From Parvibaculum sp. (GTDB taxonomy: Bacteria > Pseudomonadota > Alphaproteobacteria > Parvibaculales > Parvibaculaceae), in assembly GCA_013823365.1 (NCBI GenBank), contig PNMC01000002.1:504-64503 (forward strand): DNA of 64,000 bases. Reading direction: 5' to 3'. Shown here in pieces: positions 9,639-19,063 of this stretch; position 1 is the first letter of the stretch; each line of letters opens with the position of its first letter. The translations under genes and the position numbers were made by a program. The notes beneath the pieces were generated by a model. That model saw only the letters and a list, made by a program, of their open reading frames with translations, was not told the origin of the DNA and ran no database searches.

Positions 9639-11024
9639 TTACGTACCGAAGCGGCGGATTGCCTGTGCCGTGAGATAGCGGTCGTAGATGCTCGGTCCGA
9701 TGTTGTATTCGGGGCCGAAGCCGCCTGTGATCTGCTTCGCCTGCACGAAGCGGCTCATGCGGTTCGTCTGCACGTCATGGCTGTGAACATGCGTCCAGGA
9801 CCAGAGCGGGTGGCCGCCATCCATGAAGGCCGTGTCGCCATCCTGATACTGGCTGAAGGCCGGCTCGAACGACTTCCATATCTCGCCGCGGCGGTCGTAG
9901 GTGAGATAGGAGACGAACATCATGTTGCGTACGTCGATATAGACGCGCTTCTTGCCGACGGGCGCACGCGGATAGCCTGTCGGCTCTGCTTCGACGACGA
10001 GCACTTCAGGGATCAGCTCCTTGTAGTCCTCGAAGAATGTCTGGCCGTTCGGCCCGCCATGCACGTCGCGTTCCCAGTTCCCATTGCGCTTTCCCGTCCA
10101 GTTGCCCGAAACAGCGCCGAGATGCGGCTTGGTGCCAATGACCTTGTAGTTGCCCCAGGTGAGCATGGGATCGCCTGCCGCCCAGGCATCGGACAGGAAG
10201 ATGGTGATACCGGGCACCAGCGGCTCGAAACGCTGATTGGTCGGGAAGTTGCGAACGCGCTTGAATGCCGGCAGATAGCCGAGCAGGTCCGGGAACTTCC
10301 GCTGGTCGTAATACCAGGTGTTGAGGAAGGCCGTGCCCTTCGCATCTGCCGGGGACGTGAACCAGACCGCCTGGTAGCGGAGCTTGTCTTCCTGTCCGGC
10401 AAGATAGGGCCCGTCCTTCGCGACAAGGCCGACCGTGTTCTGTTCGGCCCAGACGAAATCATACTGGTAGGACAGCGTACCGCTCGGCGAGATGTCCCAG
10501 TCGCGAACGGCATAGACGGATTCGTCGTGACGCCCCCAGGAGAGCGTCAGATTGTAGAAGGCTTCCTCGCCGGTTTTCGCATCCGGAAAGGGGTTGCCGC
10601 CAATCCAGGGCTTGCCTTCGTCCGTGACGACATTGCCATTCGCGTCGAAACGGGCGCGGCCGGCATTGCGGAGCGTTGCCTCGAGATATTCGTGAGGGAA
10701 GAGCTTCGTCACATCGCGCGTCGTCTCGACGATATTAATGCGGCGCCCCATCTCCTTCACCTGGCGGTACGCGATGGGATCGAGCAGATCCTTTACCACC
10801 TCGACGTTATCGGCGGTGATGACGTCGCCCGGCTTCACCTGCCCCTTGGTATAGAGTTCGATCGAAAGAAGCTCGTCCGGATATGCCCTGTCGATCGTGC
10901 CAGACCGGGCAATCTCCGGCCAAAGCGGCGTGAGCACACCTGCAGCAGCGACACCTTTCAGCGACTTTTCGAGAAAGGCGCGGCGGGTAAAATCCTTGTC
11001 GTATTTCCGAATTCTCATTTCCAT
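9639..11024 (-). CDS. DUF1329-family periplasmic protein (paralogue 1), Tat signal
   Basis: TRRAFLEK Tat motif; GGNPFPDA and YLPAFKRVR motifs; GGAGGA RBS. Confidence 0.87.
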   Translation of the reverse strand: MEMRIRKYDKDFTRRAFLEKSLKGVAAAGVLTPLWPEIARSGTIDRAYPDELLSIELYTKGQVKPGDVITADNVEVVKDLLDPIAYRQVKEMGRRINIVETTRDVTKLFPHEYLEATLRNAGRARFDANGNVVTDEGKPWIGGNPFPDAKTGEEAFYNLTLSWGRHDESVYAVRDWDISPSGTLSYQYDFVWAEQNTVGLVAKDGPYLAGQEDKLRYQAVWFTSPADAKGTAFLNTWYYDQRKFPDLLGYLPAFKRVRNFPTNQRFEPLVPGITIFLSDAWAAGDPMLTWGNYKVIGTKPHLGAVSGNWTGKRNGNWERDVHGGPNGQTFFEDYKELIPEVLVVEAEPTGYPRAPVGKKRVYIDVRNMMFVSYLTYDRRGEIWKSFEPAFSQYQDGDTAFMDGGHPLWSWTHVHSHDVQTNRMSRFVQAKQITGGFGPEYNIGPSIYDRYLTAQAIRRFGT

Positions 11025-11056
11025 CCTCCTCCCAACAGGACAGGAACCTCCGGCCT

Positions 11057-13558
11057 TCAGGACCGGCTTGGGGCCACATCGGCCATTTCGGTATCTGCTT
11101 GTTTTGTGGTCGCGGCGGGCCTGCGCTCCGCCAGATCGTTTGCAAGGGCAGCAAGGTCTATGCCCTCGCTGACGAGAAGTTCTTTCGACTCGATGAAGCG
11201 CGGACGAACGAGCCAGACGAGCAGCGGCACCACGATCAACGCGATCACCATGTTGATGAGCATGACCATCACGAGCAGCAGGCCCATATCGGCAAGAAAC
11301 TTGAGCTCCGACAGAAAATACCAGGGCAGAATGCCGATCAGCACGATCGTTGCCGTGAAGAAGATCGCCTTCCCGGTCGTCGTGACGGCTGTAAGAATCG
11401 CAAGCGCCATGTCCTTGCGGAGCTGGTATTCCTCATAGATGCGGCTCAGCAGATAGATGCCATAGTCGATACCGACGCCGACCCCGATGGCAGCTATAGG
11501 CAGCGTGTTCACATCGAGGCCGATCCCCATTTCCGTCATTACGGCGCCGAGCAGCAGGTTCGAGAGGTTGACCGGCACGAGAAGCAGAATGCCCGCCACG
11601 ACCGACCGGTAGGCGTAGCTGCAGGTGATGAGAATGACGACATTCAGAAGCGCAAGGATTACCCACTGATAGGAGTCGACCGTGTCGTTGATCGACTGCT
11701 GGAGCGCAATCGTGCCGCTGCCGAGACGGATGCGGAAATCGTCGAAGTCCGTTCCGATGATCTCGAGGGCAGCGCGCGTCTGACGGAGCGCCTCGTCCAC
11801 CGTTTCCTGCTTGTTATCCTTGTACCAGAGCGACACTGTGCCGTTGCGCTGCTCGAAATCGGCGACATGCAGGAAGGCCTTCGGCCCCGTGCCGACCATC
11901 AGCGCACCTGCGGCGGCGCTCACCGCGGCATCGTCGTGATCGAGTGGCGCCCATTTCGGATTGCCGCCGCTGAACAAGCGGTTCGCCTCAGGCAGATAGT
12001 CGGCGAAAGAAAGCGAGGCCTCAGGGGGATTGGGCTGACTTTCCAGTATGTGCTGGAGGTGTTGCATGGTGAGCGCGGTTTCCGCCTTGCGGACTACCCG
12101 GTCGAGACTGTCGGGCGATTTCGACTCAAAGATGATTTCAAGCGTGTTCAGGCCCGGGAAGTGAGCGTTGATATTGCTGACCGCGACGTTGAACTCGGAT
12201 GTCTCCCATAGAAGGTTGCTGCCTTCCACGGGATTGCCGACCTTGATGCCCAGAACCTTGTTGAAGCTGAAAAGCGCGAGAACGGCGATGGCGACTGCCG
12301 TGATCACAGATGTCCGGCCGATCGACAACCGGCCGATCGAGCGCAGGAGGAAGCGGATCGCATCGAACTTGCGGTGGCTTTCCGTCGCGCCGACCATGCT
12401 GCGCACATTGCGCGGCTCCGGCAGCAGCATGATGAGAAGCGGCGTCAGAAGCACATTTGTCGGTATGAGAATAAGCGCCCAGAAACCGCAGAAAAGGGCG
12501 AAACGCTCCATGGCCGGAATGGGAGCGACGCCGATGATGAACAGTCCGAGTGCGTCCGTCGTGATTCCGAGAACGCCCGGCGCCATCATGACACTGAGGG
12601 AAATTTCGGCAGCGCGTTTGCGATCCTTTACATGATGAAGGACCTCGTAATACCGCTCTATAAACTGAACGCAATGACTGAATGAACGCGCGACGAGGAG
12701 CAGCGGCACGACCATGATGAGCGGTTCGATGGGAACACCGAGCCAGCCGACGAAACCGAACCCCCAGATAGCGGCAACGATGCTCGTCACCAGCGGCGCG
12801 ACAACGCCAACCACGTTGCGCATGTAGATGATGAGAGCCACAAGCAGCGCAACCGCTGTGATGGCGAAGATAGCCAGCATCTGGAGTTGATAGAAATAGA
12901 CCCAGCCTGTGAGGACGGGCTGGCCTGCCATGTAGATCTCGTGCTTGCCGTCGCGTGCGTCTTTCACGAGCTTGTCGAGATATTCGAAGGTCTCGCCGTA
13001 ATCGAGCAGGCGCTCGATGAAGGTCGCCGTGACGAGAGTCGCGGTTCCATCCTCCGAGACCATGAAGTTCCGCACATTCGGCGCCTTCAGCAGGCGGTTG
13101 CGGAACTCTTCGATCTCGGCTGCGGTACGCGGCGGATGGTCCTCCATGATGGGTCGCGAGTCGATGCCATCCGGCGTTGCCTCCGCGTAACGGGCTTTTT
13201 CAGTCGCAACGGAAAGAACCTGGTCGTGATCGACCGCCGGCGCGAGATCGATATCCCGCGTCAGATCCCAGACCTTCTGCAGCGTTTCCGCGTTGTAGAT
13301 GTCTCCGCCATCGGCCCTCTTGATCATGACGGTGACCGTCAGCGGATTGCCGAAATTCGGATGGTCCTTGTAGGTCTGAACGAAGGGATGCGTCTTTGGC
13401 AGGAGATCGCTGAAGATCGTGCGCAGCTCGACATTCGGAAGCTGCACGGCAAAGAACAGCGTAACGCCGAGCAACGCCATAAGCGACAGCCAGCGGTTCG
13501 CCATCGTTACCCTGGCAATTCGCGTACTCAACCTTTCCACAAAGCCACTCCCCGCCAC
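11057..13558 (-). CDS. RND-superfamily (MMPL/HpnN-like) transporter
   Basis: Two TM bundles with large periplasmic loops; GVGVGIDYGIY and TTGKAIFF motifs. Start uncertain (GTG 13558 or ATG 13504). Confidence 0.9.
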   Translation of the reverse strand: MAGSGFVERLSTRIARVTMANRWLSLMALLGVTLFFAVQLPNVELRTIFSDLLPKTHPFVQTYKDHPNFGNPLTVTVMIKRADGGDIYNAETLQKVWDLTRDIDLAPAVDHDQVLSVATEKARYAEATPDGIDSRPIMEDHPPRTAAEIEEFRNRLLKAPNVRNFMVSEDGTATLVTATFIERLLDYGETFEYLDKLVKDARDGKHEIYMAGQPVLTGWVYFYQLQMLAIFAITAVALLVALIIYMRNVVGVVAPLVTSIVAAIWGFGFVGWLGVPIEPLIMVVPLLLVARSFSHCVQFIERYYEVLHHVKDRKRAAEISLSVMMAPGVLGITTDALGLFIIGVAPIPAMERFALFCGFWALILIPTNVLLTPLLIMLLPEPRNVRSMVGATESHRKFDAIRFLLRSIGRLSIGRTSVITAVAIAVLALFSFNKVLGIKVGNPVEGSNLLWETSEFNVAVSNINAHFPGLNTLEIIFESKSPDSLDRVVRKAETALTMQHLQHILESQPNPPEASLSFADYLPEANRLFSGGNPKWAPLDHDDAAVSAAAGALMVGTGPKAFLHVADFEQRNGTVSLWYKDNKQETVDEALRQTRAALEIIGTDFDDFRIRLGSGTIALQQSINDTVDSYQWVILALLNVVILITCSYAYRSVVAGILLLVPVNLSNLLLGAVMTEMGIGLDVNTLPIAAIGVGVGIDYGIYLLSRIYEEYQLRKDMALAILTAVTTTGKAIFFTATIVLIGILPWYFLSELKFLADMGLLLVMVMLINMVIALIVVPLLVWLVRPRFIESKELLVSEGIDLAALANDLAERRPAATTKQADTEMADVAPSRS

Positions 13559-13711
13559 GACGCCCGATGACAGCTGACAAGCGCGGCGCAGGCGCCGGCC
13601 CAACAGTCGATCGGGGCTCCTCCCTCGTTTCCCCTGCCGGCACGCGCCGCATATAGCGGACGCGATTCCGGATCGTTGAGGGAATGGTGCGGGAGCGCCG
13701 CAAACTGCACC

Positions 13712-13727
13712 CCGCCCTAAAGGATGG
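13712..13727. promoter_or_regulatory. Palindromic operator-like site CCGCCC-TAAA-GGATGG (upstream of RND operon)
   Basis: One of four matches to CCRCCC-N4-GGRTGG found in the island's promoter regions. Confidence 0.6.
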
Positions 13728-13864
13728 CGAAGAGGCGGCTGCTGAAAAGCCGCAGAAAACAACGTCTTTTCGGCGCACGCGCTCGTCCTTCAAACGCCCT
13801 CCTCCACCGGCCGCATGACCCTGGTACACGCAACCTCGGCCCGCGCATTCGGCGCTGGAATTCG

Positions 13865-13880
13865 CCGCCCTATCGGGTGG
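13865..13880. promoter_or_regulatory. Palindromic operator-like site CCGCCC-TATC-GGGTGG (upstream of CoA ligase)
   Basis: Same motif, about 70 bp upstream of the ligase start, with an extra GGATGG half-site next to it. Confidence 0.6.
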
Positions 13881-13948
13881 GGATGGGAGGCGGCGGCGCT
13901 CCCTAGGATCGGAGGAAAGCAAGAACGTCACGCAAAGGGAGAAGCATC

Positions 13949-15943
13949 GTGGCCAATATGGGAGATCTGCTGTGGTCGCCGTCCGAAGAAATGGCCGCAG
14001 ATGCGAACATCACGTCCTTCATCGCCTGGCTGAACGAGAGAGGCCACAGCTTCGGGACATATGAGGATGTGCGGCGCTGGTCGGCCGATGACATCGCAGG
14101 CTTCTGGGAAGCGATCTGGCAGTATTTCGGCGTCGCATCCCCGACGCCTTATGACTGCGTGTTGCGGCAGGCGAAGATGCCGGGCGCGGAGTGGTTCCCC
14201 GGCGCGCGGGTGAACTATATCCAGACACTGCTGAGCAAGGGCGATGGCAGCAAGACAGCGATCCATGCGGCGGGAGAAGAGGGACCGGCGCAAAAGATCA
14301 GCTGGGCGGAACTGAAGGACCAGGTCTGCAAGGGGGCGACATCGCTTCGCGAACTCGGCATCGGGCCGGGCGATCGCGTGGTCTCCTACATGCCGAATAT
14401 TCCCGAAGCGGCCATCGCCTTTTTTGCGGCGGCCAGCATCGGCGCAATCTGGTCGAGCTGCTCACCCGATTTCGGCTCGGCGAGCGTGATCGACCGCTTC
14501 GGGCAGATCACACCGAAGCTGATGTTCGCGACGGACAGCTATCGCTATGGCGGCAAGGATTTCGACCGGCGCGCCGAGGTGCGGGCCATGGCGGAGGCCC
14601 TGCCCTCGCTGCAGCACGTGGTGCATGTGAAAGGATCGTCACCTTCATTCAGCGGCGAACCGGTGACGGCTTCGGCGATTGCCTGGGAGAGCCTGACATG
14701 CCGCGATGAGGTGAAGGATTTCCGCTTTGAGGATACGCGTTTCGATCACCCGCTCTGGATCGTCTATTCATCCGGCACGACAGGGCTTCCCAAGCCCTTC
14801 GTGCATGGGCATGGCGGTGTGCTGCTCGAGGCGCTTAAATTCACTCACTTCCATCTCAATCTCAAACCATCATCCTGCATGTTCTACTTCACGACCACGG
14901 GCTGGGTGATGTGGAACATCCTTCTGTCGGGCCTCGTCGCCGGCGCGGCGGTGGTGCTTTACGACGGCAATCCGATGGCGCCGAAGGAAGACCGGCTGTG
15001 GGAGCTAGCCTCTGAGACGGGCATGACGCTTTTCGGTGCGAGTCCCACTTTCCTCAATGGCCAGATGAAGGCCGGTATCCATCCGAACAAGCTTTACGAC
15101 ATGTCGATGATGGACAGCATTCTTCTCGGCGGATCGCCGGTGATGCCGGAACATATGGAATGGTGCTTCGAGAATCTGCGTCGTGATATATGGGTGACGT
15201 CGCAAAGCGGCGGTACGGACGTCGCATCCGCCTTTGTCGGCGGCATGCCGACGCTGCCGGTTCATGCCGGGGAAATCCAGACACGCTGCCTCGGCGTCGA
15301 CGTCCACTCGTTCGACGACAACGGCAATGCGATTATAGGCGAGGTGGGCGAGCTTGTGGTGAGCAAACCCATGCCCTCCATGCCGCTCTATTTCTGGAAC
15401 GATGAAGGCGGGCGGCGCTACTACGAGTCCTATTTCGACACCTATGAAGGTCATTGGCGTCATGGCGACTATTTCAAGGTGAATGAGCGCGGCGGCTGCT
15501 TCATTCTCGGCCGCTCGGACTCGACCTTGAACCGCTATGGCGTGCGCATCGGCACGGCGGAAATCTACCGCACCATCGAGGGGCTCGACGAGATCGAGGA
15601 TTCGATCATCGTCAATCTCGACCTGCCGGGCGGCAATTTCTTCATGCCGCTCTTCGTGACGATGAAGAAGGGCTCGGCGCTGACCGACCAGGTGAAACAG
15701 AAGATCAACAAGGCGTTGCGCGAGAAGTATTCGCCGCGCCACGTGCCGGATCGAATCTATGAGATCGAGGCCGTTCCCTACACGCTGACAGGGAAGAAGA
15801 TGGAAGTGCCGGTGCGGAAGATCCTGCTCGGCGTGGCGCCGGAAAAGGCTGCAAGCCGCGATGCCATGAGCAATCCGCAGGCGATCGACTATTTCATCGA
15901 GTTCGCGCGGACGCAGACGGAATACTCGACAGCAGCGGCCTGA
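13949..15943 (+). CDS. Acetoacetate--CoA ligase-family (3-oxoacid CoA ligase)
   Basis: WFPGARVNY, WSSCSPDFG, YSSGTTGLPK (AMP-binding), TTTGWVMWN, SGGTD, GRSDSTLN and GKKMEVPV are AACS-subfamily motifs. Confidence 0.92.
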   Translation: MANMGDLLWSPSEEMAADANITSFIAWLNERGHSFGTYEDVRRWSADDIAGFWEAIWQYFGVASPTPYDCVLRQAKMPGAEWFPGARVNYIQTLLSKGDGSKTAIHAAGEEGPAQKISWAELKDQVCKGATSLRELGIGPGDRVVSYMPNIPEAAIAFFAAASIGAIWSSCSPDFGSASVIDRFGQITPKLMFATDSYRYGGKDFDRRAEVRAMAEALPSLQHVVHVKGSSPSFSGEPVTASAIAWESLTCRDEVKDFRFEDTRFDHPLWIVYSSGTTGLPKPFVHGHGGVLLEALKFTHFHLNLKPSSCMFYFTTTGWVMWNILLSGLVAGAAVVLYDGNPMAPKEDRLWELASETGMTLFGASPTFLNGQMKAGIHPNKLYDMSMMDSILLGGSPVMPEHMEWCFENLRRDIWVTSQSGGTDVASAFVGGMPTLPVHAGEIQTRCLGVDVHSFDDNGNAIIGEVGELVVSKPMPSMPLYFWNDEGGRRYYESYFDTYEGHWRHGDYFKVNERGGCFILGRSDSTLNRYGVRIGTAEIYRTIEGLDEIEDSIIVNLDLPGGNFFMPLFVTMKKGSALTDQVKQKINKALREKYSPRHVPDRIYEIEAVPYTLTGKKMEVPVRKILLGVAPEKAASRDAMSNPQAIDYFIEFARTQTEYSTAAA

Positions 15944-15948
15944 CCGGT

Positions 15949-15984
15949 AAAAGAAAAAGGCTGCTCCCGTTTCGGGGAGCAGCC
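15949..15984 (-). terminator. Intrinsic terminator of the carboxylase operon (possibly bidirectional)
   Basis: GGCTGCTCCC-CGAAAC-GGGAGCAGCC followed by TTTTTCTTTT on the minus strand, between convergent genes. Confidence 0.85.
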
Positions 15985-16027
15985 AAGGAGCCGGGAGGTG
16001 GAGGGAACGATCTCCCGAGGAGGTTGT

Positions 16028-16789
16028 TCAAGCCGTCGAGCCGCGCAATTGCCCGAGCTTCGCGAGGATAGTCTCGGGCACGGCGTCGGCCGGAAGCTCC
16101 ATGAACAACCGACTATCGGATGACGGCGCAAAATCCGCCCCCTCCCAAAAGGTGGCGGGGAGTATTTGGCCTTCCGCGCCGCCAAAGACCAGATCGAAGC
16201 CCGCGGCATCGTTCGCCACGCTTTCGGCGGCGCCCTTCAAGACGATGATGGCCGCCGCCTCGTAGTGGCGAGCGACATTCAGCAAGGGATCGTAGAAATC
16301 GAGCGCGCGGGGGTCGCATTCCTCGAAGCGGAAGACGGCGAGGCCGGGGCGGAACAGCGCGCGCAAGAGATCGGCCAGCGAGAGCGCAAGATCGTCCAGC
16401 GCGTCCTCGTCTGTCTCGTCCGCCTCAAGACACAGCGCCGCCAGAGCGCCGGGACCCGGCAGCGAGAGGCCGAGCGGCCGCTGCCCGAGCGCGCCTTGCG
16501 CCGTTTCAAGCCCGCGCTTCAGATGGGCGCGAAAGCCCGCATCGGCGATGAGGCGCTCCATGCCGCTGGCGCCGAGCGAGGCGAGCGCGACGCCCTGCCC
16601 CTCGGCCCATTGATGAATGGCCGGCGCGACCGCAATTTCCACCAGCTCCAGCGAGAGAAGCTGCGCCAGATCGCGCAGGAAGAAGCCGAGTTCATCCGGT
16701 GAGCGCCACGGCTCCTCCCCGCCCCGGAGAACACGCGTGCCGAAGGCGTAACCATCGACCCAGAGGGCGGGGAGCGAAGCCCCGGCCAT
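16028..16789 (-). CDS. Hypothetical protein, last gene of carboxylase operon (positional equivalent of ApcE)
   Basis: ATG 5 nt after the stop of the hydantoinase-B-like gene; 253 aa; no motif recognised. The ApcE equivalence rests on position only. Confidence 0.7.
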   Translation of the reverse strand: MAGASLPALWVDGYAFGTRVLRGGEEPWRSPDELGFFLRDLAQLLSLELVEIAVAPAIHQWAEGQGVALASLGASGMERLIADAGFRAHLKRGLETAQGALGQRPLGLSLPGPGALAALCLEADETDEDALDDLALSLADLLRALFRPGLAVFRFEECDPRALDFYDPLLNVARHYEAAAIIVLKGAAESVANDAAGFDLVFGGAEGQILPATFWEGADFAPSSDSRLFMELPADAVPETILAKLGQLRGSTA

Positions 16790-16794
16790 CGCGG

Positions 16795-19044
16795 TCAACT
16801 CTTGCCTTCGCGGCAGGCGGCGAGTTCGGCTTCCAGCCTGTCGATCTTCGCCTGCATCGGATGCGTCATGATGACGGGCGGGTTCACCTGCCCCGCCGGA
16901 TGCACCACATCGGGCGAGCCGGCATGGACGAGGCTCTTGTCCGCCCAGGAGCCGTAGTAAGGCACCTTGCCGGAGGGCTTGTCCTTCACCCATTCCTTGC
17001 AGAATTCGCCGAAAGGTTTGCTCGCTGCGATGCGGGCGCGGCGGGCGGCATTGCGTGCCTCCTCCGTCGCCAGTTCGTCGACATGAAGCGTCTCGCGGTT
17101 GTAGACGACGCGATAGATGCGCCAAGCGACATCATGCGAGATCAGGTCTTCGTCGAGATCGCGGATGACATCCTTCGGGTCGCGGTCCAGAGGATCGCCG
17201 AAGCCGCCGCCGGTGCCCTGCGAGATCATGTAGAGCTCGCCGCGCTTTGCCAGCGTGTAGCCGATGGTCATCGGGTGCGTGGTGTATTTGCCATCCTTGA
17301 AAGGACGTTCGTTCATCAGCTCCTCAATGGAGTAGCGGAAGGAACCTGGGTCCTTTTGCAGAATATCGAACACATCCACGCCACTGATACGCGAGAGCGG
17401 ATAGGTGGGGCAGCCATAGCCGCCGAAGAGACCCGGAATATTCGGGAACTTCGCGCCCATCGCCGTCAGCATGAAGCCGAAGGCGGGGCTGTCGCGCATG
17501 GCGAGCACCATCTGGTAGCCCATGCCGCCGCGCTGGCATCCGAAGCCCTGATTGTCCTTCATCATCTTCTTGGAAACAATCTGGATGAAGGGCATTTCCT
17601 CTTCGATGAATTCCTGTTCGCCGATGTCGGACATAGTGGCGAAGATCGGTGCGCAGCCATGTTCGCCGTCGCGGTCGGCCAATGCGCCGCCGCCCATGCC
17701 GTTGATGTCGGCACAGACGTTACCCACCATTTCGCCGTGCTGCGTCAGCCCGCCGAAGAGGAAGGTGTTGATCATGTTGAACCAGGGCGCCAGCACCCGC
17801 GTGTATTTATGCGGATTGGAATAGAGAAGTTTCATGGCGCAGACCTGACCGGCGCTCCAGGCCGTGAACACGGTCATCATGGATTGCGCATTCGGCGTGC
17901 CGAAAGCGGGCTTCAGCACCGACGGTGTGTCGAAGATGAACTTGACCGGTGCGAGCACGCCCTGATTGCGCGGAATGTCCGGCCAGATGAAGGTGAGGAA
18001 AAGCTGGGCGAGCATGCCCTTCACGGTGATATCGAGGCTGTTGTTCGAGCGGTTGGTGAATTCGGGGCTCGATCCGCGATAATCGAAGGTGAGTTCGTCG
18101 CCCTTCTTGGTCAGTTCGAGATTGATCTTGATCTGAACATTCTCGCGGAGCGTTCCGTCCGTCCACCAGGAATGGCGGGTGGTGCCGTCCGGCCATTCGG
18201 AAAGGCGGCGGCGGACTTCGGCATCCGTGTCCTCGAGATTCATCCGCAGCGCGGCGACGACCGCCTCGACGCCATACTCGGCGATCGCCTCATGGATGCG
18301 GGTCTCGATGCGGCGGCAGACATACATCTTCACCTTCATGTCCGCATATTGCAGCTTCGGCTCGCGGACGGAGTTCTGCAGGAAGGTGACGAGGTCGCGG
18401 CGGAGCTTGTAATTCTCGGCGACCTTGAAGGGCGACATTTTCAGCCCCTCGTCCCATATCTGTTCGGCGAGCGAGGGCATGCCACCCGGCTCGATGGCGC
18501 CATTCTCGCCTTCATGCACGGTCGCCCCCGCCCAGGCGACGATCTGTCCTTCGTGGAAGACCGGCATCATCATGGACTGGTCGGTGTTATGCGCCTGGCC
18601 GTAGCGCGCATCATTGACGATGAAGACATCGCCCTCCTTGATGCCGACGGTGGGCTCGCCCGCCCAGTATTTGTTCACGAACTTGATCGGGTACTGCACC
18701 AGATTGCAGAAGATGACGACGCCGCCGGAGCTTGCAAGCGAAAGGTCGCCCGAGGCCGTGTAGACGGCGGAGACGCAGTCGCCCCATTTGGCGCCGGGGG
18801 CAGCGCCCATATTTTCCAGCATCTCGAAGCTCTCGTTCACGCCGGCAAGAATGCGCTCGCGGACGATTTCGAGGCGGACGGGATCGCTTTCCTTCGCAAT
18901 GCACTGGTCTTCATAGGCCGTGCGCGGTTCCAGCCCATGGTTCTCCATGATCTCGGGATCGGGCGCCAGATAAAGGCTCGTCTCCTTCAGGAAGCTTTCC
19001 ACGGCGGAGGAAGCAGCGCCGCCAATGTCCATGTCGTCACCCAT
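16795..19044 (-). CDS. Hydantoinase B/oxoprolinase family; acetophenone/acetone carboxylase catalytic-type subunit (ApcD/AcxB-like)
   Basis: GAAPGAKWGD, NDARYGQAHNTD (HxxD), VHEGENGAIEPGG and GGGFGDPLDRDP motifs; GGAGG RBS. Confidence 0.88.
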   Translation of the reverse strand: MGDDMDIGGAASSAVESFLKETSLYLAPDPEIMENHGLEPRTAYEDQCIAKESDPVRLEIVRERILAGVNESFEMLENMGAAPGAKWGDCVSAVYTASGDLSLASSGGVVIFCNLVQYPIKFVNKYWAGEPTVGIKEGDVFIVNDARYGQAHNTDQSMMMPVFHEGQIVAWAGATVHEGENGAIEPGGMPSLAEQIWDEGLKMSPFKVAENYKLRRDLVTFLQNSVREPKLQYADMKVKMYVCRRIETRIHEAIAEYGVEAVVAALRMNLEDTDAEVRRRLSEWPDGTTRHSWWTDGTLRENVQIKINLELTKKGDELTFDYRGSSPEFTNRSNNSLDITVKGMLAQLFLTFIWPDIPRNQGVLAPVKFIFDTPSVLKPAFGTPNAQSMMTVFTAWSAGQVCAMKLLYSNPHKYTRVLAPWFNMINTFLFGGLTQHGEMVGNVCADINGMGGGALADRDGEHGCAPIFATMSDIGEQEFIEEEMPFIQIVSKKMMKDNQGFGCQRGGMGYQMVLAMRDSPAFGFMLTAMGAKFPNIPGLFGGYGCPTYPLSRISGVDVFDILQKDPGSFRYSIEELMNERPFKDGKYTTHPMTIGYTLAKRGELYMISQGTGGGFGDPLDRDPKDVIRDLDEDLISHDVAWRIYRVVYNRETLHVDELATEEARNAARRARIAASKPFGEFCKEWVKDKPSGKVPYYGSWADKSLVHAGSPDVVHPAGQVNPPVIMTHPMQAKIDRLEAELAACREGKS

Positions 19045-19063
19045 CTTCTTTCCTCCCGTGAAA

